A program made the position numbers and the translations under genes. A stretch of 64,000 nt of DNA from Torpedo marmorata (taxonomy: Eukaryota), in assembly GCA_977017645.1 (NCBI GenBank), contig OZ360247.1:21018001-21082000 (forward strand). Reading direction: 5' to 3'. The notes beneath the pieces were generated by a model. It saw only the letters and a program-made list of their open reading frames with translations, was not told the DNA's origin and made no database searches. This document shows positions 1 to 8,579 of this stretch, in pieces (the first letter of the stretch is position 1; the number at the start of each line of letters is the position of its first letter).

Positions 1-266
1 AATTTAAATTTATTGAATTTAGACATACAGCACGGTAACAGGCCATTTCGGCCCAAGAGTCCATGCCGCCCAATTTACACCCAATTAACCTACAACCCCC
101 GGTACGTTTCAAACGGTGGGAGGAAACCGGAGCCCCCGGAGAAAACCCACGCAGACACGGGGAGAATGTACAAACTCCTTACAGACAGCGCGGGATTCGA
201 ACCCCAGTCCCGATCGCTGGTGCTGTAAAGGTGTTGCGCTAACAGCTACGCCAACCGTGCTGCTCC
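1..266 (-). mobile_element. tRNA-derived V-SINE (HE1-like), near full length
   Basis: Minus strand reads a tRNA-like head (A-box-like TGGCGTAGCTGTT, B-box GTTCGAATC), a V-domain-type core (GTTTGTACATTCTCCCCGTGTCTGCGTGGGTTTTCTCCGGGGGCTCCGGTTTCCTCCCA) and a CR1-type tail (GGGCCGAAATGGCCTGTTACCGTGCTGTATGTCTAAAT). Second copy at 23074-23320. Confidence 0.9.
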
Positions 267-269
267 TAG

Positions 270-1350
270 GTAGTGAGGGAACAGTTCTTCATTCAGAGGT
301 AGAGGGCATGTGAAATGAGCTGCCCCACAAAGTGACAGAGGCAGATACATTAGCTTCCTTTAAGAACCACTTGGATGGGCGAGGATTGGGGGGGGTTCAA
401 AGCAGGAGGGCACGTTGTTCGGCATGCTGTGAGACTATGACTAACAGGTTTGTAGTTACCCGGATTATCCTTGCAGCCATTTTTAAACATCAGCACCAAA
501 TTTGCCATCCTCCAGTCCAGTCACCTAGAACTTCTATCCTCAGCAATGAATTTAAAATGTCTGTCAAGGCCCCAACAATTTCCTTCCTGCCTTCCCTGGG
601 ATACACCTGGTCTGGACCTGGAGGTTTATCCACCATTACACAATCTAAGAATGCTAGCTCCTCTTCATTACTGATGTAGACATGCCTCGGCTATTTTTAG
701 TTACCTCCCCACCCCCGCCCCCTCCACTCCTCTTATCCTGCTCCACAGTAAACACATTCACAAAATATTCCATTAAGATCTTCTCCATCTCCTCTGGCCT
801 TCACATAGATGCCTCTCCTGATCCTTAAGGGGACATTCTTTCTTTCATGACCCTTTTGTTCTTAATATCCTGATAAAATTGCAATCTCGTGCAATATTAT
901 GTCATGTATTGTCTTCCTTATTTGGGGAAGCAGTTCAGAGAAAGTTCACGAGTCCAGTAACTAGAGTTGATGTTTACAATACATGGTTGGACATTCTGGG
1001 CAAGAGGAGACTTGAAGCAAGATTCTGAGGGTTACTGACAGGATATTTCCTCTTGTGGGTGAATCTGGTGTGAGGGGAGGGTCACGTTTAAAAATGTAAG
1101 GCAGAGATGGGGCAATTCCCACTTCCCCACCTCCGGAGTCATCAATCTCTAGAACTCTCTCTCAAAGGGCGGTTGCCGAGTCTTTGAATATCCTTCAGGC
1201 AGAGGTTGATAGATGGTTAATAAGAAGGGGGGGGGGTGAAAGGTTACGGCAGGTGGACAGGAATGCAAAGTGACTTTATAGTGAGATCAACCGTGAGGCC
1301 GTTGATTGATGGAACAGATTGGAAGGGTTGAATGGCCAGCTGCTTATTTA
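270..1350. mobile_element. Cluster of degenerate CR1 LINE fragments (approx. 270-445 +, 460-885 -, 920-1350 +)
   Basis: Recognisable CR1 3' motifs (GTGAAATGAGCTGCC...GAGGCAGATACATTAGCTTCCTTTAAGAACCACTTGGAT; AGTTCAGAGAAAGTTCAC; GGAAGGGTTGAATGGCC). Boundaries approximate. Confidence 0.6.
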
Positions 1351-1924
1351 TGTTTGTACGACAGAGACTGAAATAGAAAGGTGTGGAAGGAGGCGCTTCA
1401 TCTGCTCAGTTGTCCAGCGGAAGGTCATTCTCCTGGTGAATGACCTTCGGAAGGAACCATTGGCCTGGGGTCCACTTCTGGCTCTACCTTTGCTCTTGTG
1501 AGACTGTGGCCACCTCCACTCTCTATTTCATGAAAATAAATCTAACCACACTGTCTTGTAGAGGCTGTCCCCACCATTTGTTCCAGGGTCACAGTAAGCT
1601 TACAAATAAGCTCATTTTTATGACACTAAAGGAGTCTATCTAGCCTTTGGAATCTACATTGGTTCCCTGACCTCCTCACTTCCCTTCTCAGATCCCTTCA
1701 GCACTCCCCAAGGACTCCTGCCCAAGGACAGAGTTATGGGAACAATTATCTATATCTTGGTTTCCTGAGTCAATAATTCAACAGTTACATGGTCTTGATG
1801 TTCTGCCTGTCACCTTGTTTGTACAGAATGACATCAAAGTGGCTCTGAATATTCCACAGTGAGTAGAAAAAAGCAAGAGGAGAGACCCAGTGAATTCTGC
1901 AGCTGAGAGCTGAGGAGTCAACTG

Positions 1925-2410
1925 GTGAGAGGGGAGGGGCGGGTGTGAGGGGAGGGGTCGGTGAGGGGGGAGGGGTCGGTGTGAGTGGGAAGGGGTCAGT
2001 GTGAGGAGAGGGGAGGGGCGGGTGTGAGGGGAGGGGCAGGTGTGAGGGGTGGTGAGGGGAGGGGTCTGGGTGAGGGGAGGGGAGGGGTCCGTGTGAGGGG
2101 AGGGGAGGGGTCCGTGTGAGGGGAGGGGAGGGGTCCGTGTGAGGGGAGGGGTCCGTGTGAGGGGAGGGGTCCGTGTGAGGGGGAGGGGTTCGTGTGAGGG
2201 GAGGGGCGGGTGTGAGGGGAGGGGCGGGTGTGAGGGGAGGGGTGGGTGTGAGGGGAGGGGTCGATGGGAGGGGAGGGGTCGGTGAAAGAGGAGGGGAGGG
2301 GTCGGTGTGAGGGGAGGGGTCGGTTTGAGGGGAGGGGTGGGGTCGGTGTGAGGGGAGGGGTGGGGTCGGGGTGAGGGGAGGGGCCTGTGTGAGGGGAGGG
2401 GTCGGTTTGA
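1925..2410 (+). repeat. G-rich minisatellite, ~18-bp unit GTGTGAGGGGAGGGG(T/C)CG
   Basis: Visible tandem units; source of the Pro/Thr-rich pseudo-ORFs 1785-2444 and 1996-2436. Confidence 0.95.
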
Positions 2411-2582
2411 GCCACTGCACAGCTACTCTCAGACATCCCATCAACCTATTATCTCACGTTTCTGTACAAAGATTTGACGTTCAGAATCGATTCAGCACTT
2501 TTAAAAATAAGTCATACATTTCAACAGATTCACTTTTCCTCATCCCTCTGAGTAGATCACTCCTTGAGTGACTGTTTCCTAC

Positions 2583-2726
2583 CAAGGTTTGTGCACGCCA
2601 GTATCTTTTTCTAGCCATGTCAATGACGCTAACATTATTGTAGATGATGTTCTCCAAACAGCCTTGGAAGTTGGGCTTGTCAGCCAGACCCATTCTCTCA
2701 GTTGTTAACAACCCACCAAAATGTAT
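2583..2726 (-). CDS. CNTNAP1: CNTNAP (Caspr) family exon, equivalent to exon 7; end of laminin-G domain 1
   Basis: 144 bp, acceptor tttatttcag|ATA, donor TTG|gtagga, phase 0/0. Translates IHFGGLLTTERMGLADKPNFQGCLENIIYNNVSVIDMARKRYWRAQTL (FGG..NF.GC.EN LamG motif). Family is secure; the paralogue assignment is tentative. Confidence 0.9.
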
Positions 2727-2978
2727 CTGAAATAAAGAGCAGAGAGAAGGTAACGAACACTGCGTGAATGAGCAGCCCCAGAATGAAGCAGACAAACCAC
2801 AGCCGGCACATACTGGACACTACCCTGTAGCCAGTTATGGTGTAACTGAGCAGCAGAAATGGTCTGCATTTGGAAGCCATCAGTAATCTGCACGTAGACT
2901 CTGGTTACCGCGGTCACCAGTTACAATCACAGATACACAAACAGGCCAGGAGTGTATCAGGAAACAGTTGAAATATTT

Positions 2979-3436
2979 TAGAACATAGAACACTACAGCA
3001 CAGTACAGGCCCTTCGGCCCTCGATGTTGTGCCAATCTATATATTCCTACAAAAAAAATGCTAAACCCTTCCTACCTCATAACCCTCTATTTTTCTTTCA
3101 TCCATGTGCCTGTCTAAGAGTCTCTTAAATGCCCCTATTGTTCCAGCCTCCACCACCACCCCTGGCAATGCATTCCAGGCACCCACAACTCTCTGTGTAA
3201 AAAACTTACCCCGACGTCTCCCCTAAACTTTCCTCCCTTCACTTTGTACAGATGTCCCCTGGCGTGTGCTGTTTGTGCTCTGGGAAAAAGGCACTGGCTG
3301 TCCACTCCACTGCCTGCTGTCCACTGTCCTTGCCCACTGGCTATGCCTCTCAAAATCTTGTAGACCTCTATTAAGTCACCTCTCATCCTTCTTCATTCCA
3401 AAGTCCCAGCTCTGCTAACCTTGCCTCATAAGACTT
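2979..3436 (-). mobile_element. CR1 LINE 3' fragment in the 784-bp intron
   Basis: ORF 3135-3386 reads RGDLIEVYKILRG...ARGHLYKVKGGKFRGD (CR1 ORF2 C-terminus), followed by the tail GGGCCGAAGGGCCTGTACTGTGCTGTAGTGTTCTATGTTCTA. Confidence 0.9.
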
Positions 3437-3510
3437 CAGTTTTTAACCAAGTTAAATCTTTGTTCAACAAGATTCACCCAGATGTGACTAACTCATTGCT
3501 TGTGACTCAC

Positions 3511-3695
3511 CGCTGAATCAAGGTCCAAGTAATCAAAATCCCCATTGGTGTGGAAACGTTCAACATGACCATCCAGAGTGAGGTTAACTTCCTGCCCATA
3601 ACGCTCGATTTGAACCATGTGCCAGTGCTGGTCGTCCAATAAGCTGCCCAGGGTGACGGAGGTCTCTCCCTTCACAGGGTGGACACTGCTACTGC
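3511..3695 (-). CDS. CNTNAP1: CNTNAP (Caspr) family exon, equivalent to exon 6; laminin-G domain 1
   Basis: 185 bp, acceptor ctctgttcag|GC, donor GCG|gtgagt, phase 1/0. Translates (G)SSSVHPVKGETSVTLGSLLDDQHWHMVQIERYGQEVNLTLDGHVERFHTNGDFDYLDLDSA (GSLLDDQHWH Caspr motif). Frame is continuous with both neighbouring exons. Confidence 0.93.
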
Positions 3696-3917
3696 CTGAA
3701 CAGAGAACCAGCATTACCCCAAAGACATTAAATGCAACCCCACATCATTCAGACCACACAGTGAAACCGGAGATGAGGTGTGTAATAAGATCCAGTAATA
3801 GGGTTTTTAACAAGCAGTGTGCTTAGATGCGTGTTTAAAGAACAGAGTTGTTGCTGCAACAGTTACGGCCCCATCAATAAAGATTTTTCAAGCAGTGCAG
3901 TTATACTGAGTAAATAC

Positions 3918-4121
3918 CTAAATTAATGTGAAACAGTAGCTTTGCGTGCTGCAGCTCCATGGAGATGTAATCTCCCTGCTCGCCCTCACTGTGCAGGAGA
4001 AGGCCGTTCTTTACCCAGGTCTTAAAGTTGAATGAGATGGAATCGAAGAGTGTTCGCGTGTTCCTCTCCTCAAACCGGTAGCTCAGAGAACTGTTCCCAT
4101 CAAATGAGACCATGTCAGAAT
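3918..4121 (-). CDS. CNTNAP1: CNTNAP (Caspr) family exon, equivalent to exon 5; start of laminin-G domain 1
   Basis: 204 bp, acceptor ttgttttag|AT, donor TTAG|gtattt, phase 1/1. Translates xSDMVSFDGNSSLSYRFEERNTRTLFDSISFNFKTWVKNGLLLHSEGEQGDYISMELQHAKLLFHINLG. The 204/185/144 size series matches CNTNAP exons 5-7 as I recall them. Confidence 0.93.
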
Positions 4122-4139
4122 CTAAAACAACGTACACAA

Positions 4140-4960
4140 ATTTTCAATGTTAATGCTAGCAAAAAGAGCAACAAAACATCAACCATTTCAAATCAATCAC
4201 AGGGGCACAGGAACAGCATTACTGGAATTATAAATGACATTGGGCAAAAAAAACAGCATCTGTTGGAAAAGAATAGGGTTGGGATAAAGACAAAAATGAG
4301 CACGTGGGAAAAGGAAGACAATAGCAGATGAAAATGATTTAACAAAAGTCATGAAAGAAACTGATCTGTGGGAAAGAAAAAAAGTATACCATGGCCACAC
4401 GAAAACAACGGCAAGTAGATAGAAAGCCTCAGGAGAAATGGACTAAGTAGTGGAGAAAGGAATGAACGATAAGTGGGAGAAGGGAAAGACGCAGGAGCAA
4501 AGGAAAGCAACCCAGCGAAAAAGTAAAACGCTGCTAAAAATCAAACAGTTCGAGGGAAAGAAAAACAGCAGAAGGAGCAAGAAGAAATTGCACAGAGAAG
4601 GAAGGATGAAACGAACAGCAGGGTAAAGGAACGCACAGGGAGAAAATATCACAGCAAAACAGGAGAGAATGAAACGAAAAAGCGGAAGGCAGGAGTGGGA
4701 AGTGAAAACTAGCAGAGGAGTTGGAAAACAGCTGGAGTAAGGCAGGAAAGCAGCAACAGGGGAAGGGGGAAAGGAGTTAACAGTAAAGGTTGAAGGTGTC
4801 AGAAGAGTAGCGGACAGTGCCAGGAGAATTAAAGACGATACAAGTGAAAAAGGCAGCAGCAGGGGGGAAGGGGGAACTGGTGTCAGGGGAAGTGGGGGAA
4901 GGGGAGAAGAGAAAAAATACATTGTTAGAGCAAAGGTAAAGGAGCAACAGTAGAATGTAT
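4140..4960 (+). repeat. Purine-rich low-complexity matrix (also 5777-6693, 7561-7800, 18795-19392, 22900-23960, 25680-25815, 26520-26780)
   Basis: Strong A/G excess on the + strand with scattered GGAAAACAGC, CAGCAG and GGACAG words; no clean periodicity. Confidence 0.8.
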
Positions 4961-5116
4961 ACAGTAGAAGTCCAAAAATCCGGGCCACTCGAGAATCTGG
5001 ACTTTTCGAAAACTCTCAAACTTTTAAAATTTAGCGGGCTTTTGTGTGCGTGCGTAAAGCGCCACAGATGCACAGCGGCAACAATACATAGTATACGTAT
5101 TTACAAACCCTTAATA

Positions 5117-5521
5117 ATGGATCCTAAAGCAGATAAACTTCGCGGTGTGAAGAGAAAGAAGAACACGTTGAAATTGAGAGTCCATCTTGAAATAATTAAG
5201 AAACTAGAACGTGGTGTGAGCAATACTGTTCTAATGGAAACATTTGACATCAGAAAGTCTACAATTTACGATATAAAAAAGGCTACTGCAGAAAAGTCCA
5301 TGGAAACGGTTATTAAATTTGTGGAACAGAACCATAGCTTCAGTCTTCAAGACGTCATGCATGCGCACATGGTGCAGAATAATCTTATCACAAAGAAATT
5401 ACAAAGTCGTAAACAAGGTAATATACAAAAGTATTTAAGGAAAGCAAAAGAAGCGTCAAGCAGATGCAGTAGAAGCTGCAAGTTTTCCATCCACAAGCAG
5501 TGCAGCTTTATTCCTCCTTAA
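5117..5521 (+). pseudogene. Truncated Tigger-like transposase ORF (134 aa): N-terminal HTH joined to the C-terminal tail, no DDE domain
   Basis: MDPKADKLRGVKRKKNTLKLRVHLEIIKKLERGVSNTVLMETFDIRKSTIYDIKK fits the CENP-B N/psq HTH pattern (KRK..L....KLE.G........F.I.KSTI.DI.K). It runs in frame into A..SMETVIKFVEQ...KQGNIQKYL, which resembles a Tigger C-terminus. Confidence 0.75.
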
Positions 5522-5534
5522 ATTTGAATTTTAA

Positions 5535-5713
5535 CCCTTTGGACTCTGGCCATTTTTAACCTTTCATAATATATACTCCGGACTGGGTCCATGGGTAAAC
5601 TACAGTACAAACACCAGTACGAACCAGCTGGTGGTTGGGTATAAAACCAGTCCTGGAAAACCGAGTAAACGCACTTGGTCGTCCCAGAAAACAGGGACAC
5701 GGAGTCCAAAGGG
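5535..5713. mobile_element. piggyBac-type MITE (179 bp) nested in the Tigger element
   Basis: TTAA at 5531-5534 and 5714-5717; perfect 12-bp TIRs CCCTTTGGACTC / GAGTCCAAAGGG. Confidence 0.88.
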
Positions 5714-6693
5714 TTAAAAATACTGCCCGAGAATCTGGAAATCGGGAGTAGTCTGGATTTTCGGACTTCTACTGTAGTTGGGAGAGGAAAAGGTAACAGG
5801 GGTGAAGGATTATACCCCGAGAAAGGGAAAAAAGAGCAGCCTTGTAAAAGGGAATGTGGAAGCAGCTGGGATGAAAGTCGGGAGAAGGAAGAGAAAGAGA
5901 AACAGCGTAAACCAGAAAAAGGAAAAAATAAATAACGTTTGGTCAAAGAAACCAGCACAAAGCTGCTTCAGGATAAAAAGAAAATGATACAAGTGAAGAG
6001 GGAAAAGTCACCAGGAGGATAATGGTTGGAACAGTTTGACGGGAGATGAAATCAGCGTCAGTAGCAAAGGGCAGGAGAGAGGAAGTGAGTGTCAGCAGAA
6101 ATGAGAAATAAAAGATCAGCAGTGGTTCAACAGAACGAGGGAAAATGTGAAAAATACGTCCAAGTGAAAGGAAATCGGTGTTGCGGTAGAAAGAATAAAT
6201 AAAATACATTGGAAGAAGAAGGAAGGGGAGAAGATAGCAGCAGTGCTGGAAAATATAACAACAGGTGGGGAAAAGCACAGCTTCAGAGGAGGAGGAAAAG
6301 ATCAACTGGGGAACAGAGAAGAATACAAGGGGAAGTGCCGCATTCAAAAGGCAGGGAGGAATGTGAGAAACCAAACCCGGAGCAGGTAAAGAGCACCAGA
6401 AAAGAAAGGAGAAAAGAGCAGAAGGGGAGAGGGGAAATCCAGTGGGAGAAAGAGAGCAAAAGCCACCCTGCAGAGACAAGCAAGAAATGGGCAAAATAAA
6501 CACAAGAGGTCAGGAGAAATAGGCAAACAACAGCAGATAAAAGATAAACAGAATCAGGCAAAAGAAAATGAGAAGTAGAAGGAAAGGACAAGAACAATAT
6601 TGTAAAGGCAGCTGCAGCAGGAATAGAAAATCAGCACCAGTGTAAATAGCAAACAGCACGAGGAGGAACGGGAAAGTGGAGGGAAGGAAGAGA

Positions 6694-7560
6694 GGAAAAC
6701 AGCTGTATCCAGGACACTCCGCCCAGCCCTGACCACAGCTCCCCATCCAGACACGGAAAACAGCTGTATCCAGGACAATCCGCCCAGCCCTGACCACAGC
6801 TCCACATCCAGACATGGAAAACAGCTGTATCTGGGACACTCCACCCAGCCCTGACCACAGCTCCACATCCAGACATGGAAAACAGCTGTATCCGGGACAC
6901 TCCGCCCAGCCCTGACCACAGCTGCACATCCAGATATGGAAAACAGCTGTATCTGGGACACTCTCCCATCCCTGACCACAGCTCCACATCCAGACACCGA
7001 AAACAGCTGTATCCGCGGGACACTCCGCCCAGCCCTGACCACAGCACCACACCCAGACACGGAAAACAGCTGTATTCAGGACACTCCGCCCAGCCCTGAC
7101 CACAGCTCCACATCCAGACATGGAAAACAGCTGTATCCGGAACACTCCCCCCATCCCTGACCACAGCTCCACATCCAGACACGGAAAACAGCTGTATCCG
7201 GGACACTCCGCCCAGCCCTGACCACGGCACCACACCCAGACACGGAAAACAGCTGTATTCAGGACACTCCGCCCAGCCCTGACCACAGCTCCACATCCAG
7301 ACACGGAAAGCAGCTGTATCCGGGACACTCCGCCCTGCACTGACCATGGCACCACACCCAGACACGGAAAACAGCTGTATTCAGGACACTCTGCGCAGCA
7401 CTGACCACATCCAGACATGGAAAACAGCTGTATCTGGAGCACTCCACCCAGCCCTGACCACAGCTCCATATCCAGACACGGAAAACAGCTGTATCTGGGA
7501 CACTCCACCCAGCCCTGACCACAGCTCCATATCCAGACATGGAAAACAGCTGTATCTGGA
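6694..7560 (+). repeat. Minisatellite, 61-bp unit, ~14 copies
   Basis: Unit GGAAAACAGCTGTATCCGGGACACTCCGCCCAGCCCTGACCACAGCTCCACATCCAGACAC; units start at 6694, 6755, 6816 and so on. Confidence 0.97.
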
Positions 7561-7800
7561 AAAGTGTTGGAGAAAGGAAAATAGAACCAGTAAAGAAAGA
7601 CAAAAGATGATCATCCATGAAAATGAATAGCAAAACACAATCAAAGGAGAAAGGGGAAACCAACCGCAACCATAATGGACCAAAAATCAAGAAACAACCC
7701 AGAAGGAAAAGATAAGCCATCAGGTGAGATCAAATTAGCCACAAGGAAAACAGTGGGAAGAGAGGAGGACAGAATACAGAGCATCAGGAACGGAAACATT

Positions 7801-8330
7801 AACCTCCCTGCTCTTTGTTTTCCACTTCTCCGCAGTGTCCTGCCTCCCTCTTGCTGCTCCACTGCTTTCCTGACTCTGTTATTTTCCCTTTCCCCGTTTT
7901 CTTTTCCTTTTACTGTTTTTTAAAATTCCTTTTATTCTAATACTTCTCTCCATATCCCCATTTCTGCTCCCATTGTCTTTTACTCTTGATGCTATTTTAT
8001 TTCCTCCCACTTCTATTTTTCTTTTTCCACGATACCTTTTCTACTTGCTTTTCTCCATATTTTCTCCTTTTGCAACCTCACACTGTTGCCCTTTGCTGCT
8101 GCTGTACTTTAATTTTCTCTTTATGCCATGACCCCTCTTCCCGATACGATTCCCTTTTCCACTTCTGCTTTTTCTCTTTCCTTTCTATTCAATCTGCTGT
8201 ATTCCCCTGATGAATTTCTTCTTTCACATTGCTCATTTGTTTTACTCCACAGCCTTTCCTTTTATGTAACTTTCCCCCTTTCCCCAAAGCCTTCCCCTTT
8301 CCTCCTCCAGCAGTTCTTCTTTCCCCGTTG
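7801..8330 (-). repeat. Pyrimidine-rich block (purine-rich matrix in the opposite orientation)
   Basis: Abrupt switch from A/G-rich to C/T-rich near 7800; contains TGCTGCT and CTGTT words complementary to the matrix words. Confidence 0.75.
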
Positions 8331-8545
8331 AGCTGTACAGAACAGAGACAAGCCCGTTTTTGACCCATTGGCCATGCGAAAACCAAGCACCCGTTTTGTA
8401 CCAACTCTTTTGAACTCCTTCACCAACTTTCCTGTTGTACATACTTAATAACACACTCCTGATTTTCCCACTAACTACCAGCACCGAGACATATTTAAAA
8501 TGACAAATAAACTTGGGATGTAGCAGGAAACCAGGGCACCCAAGT
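8330..8545 (-). mobile_element. Old degenerate V-SINE fragment
   Basis: TTGGGATGTAGCAGGAAACCAGGGCACCC resembles the reverse-complemented V-domain; ACAGAACAGAGACAAGCCC resembles the CR1-type tail. Confidence 0.5.
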
Positions 8546-8579
8546 ATTAGTCCTTGCATCCCAGATTTTCACAACCTAT

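Larger units (their letters stand above)
4962..5774 (+). mobile_element. Tigger/pogo-family (Tc1/mariner) DNA transposon, internally deleted
   Basis: TIRs CAGTAGAAGTCCAAAAATCCGG and (reverse complement) CAGTAGAAGTCCGAAAATCCAG; TA duplication at 4960-4961 and 5775-5776; contains a CENP-B-type HTH ORF. Confidence 0.9.

Noticed and set aside
1785-2444. Pro/Thr-rich mucin- or extensin-like ORFs (also 14396-14951)
   Set aside because: Translations of G-rich simple repeats, open in several frames.
4443-6597. Phe/Leu/Ser-rich membrane-protein-like ORFs on the minus strand (also 18775-19395)
   Set aside because: Artefacts of pyrimidine-rich low-complexity sequence; no domain motifs or exon structure.
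6694-7560. CRISPR-like regular repeat
   Set aside because: The whole unit repeats with no unique spacers; no cas genes; vertebrate context.
7655-7710. YGC motif on the minus strand as a candidate upstream discoidin exon
   Set aside because: An in-frame stop lies a few codons upstream, the other discoidin motifs are absent, and it sits in the low-complexity matrix.
6510-7720. Cys-rich 332-aa ORF resembling a keratin-associated or metallothionein-like protein
   Set aside because: It is the translation of a 61-bp tandem repeat cycling through three frames.
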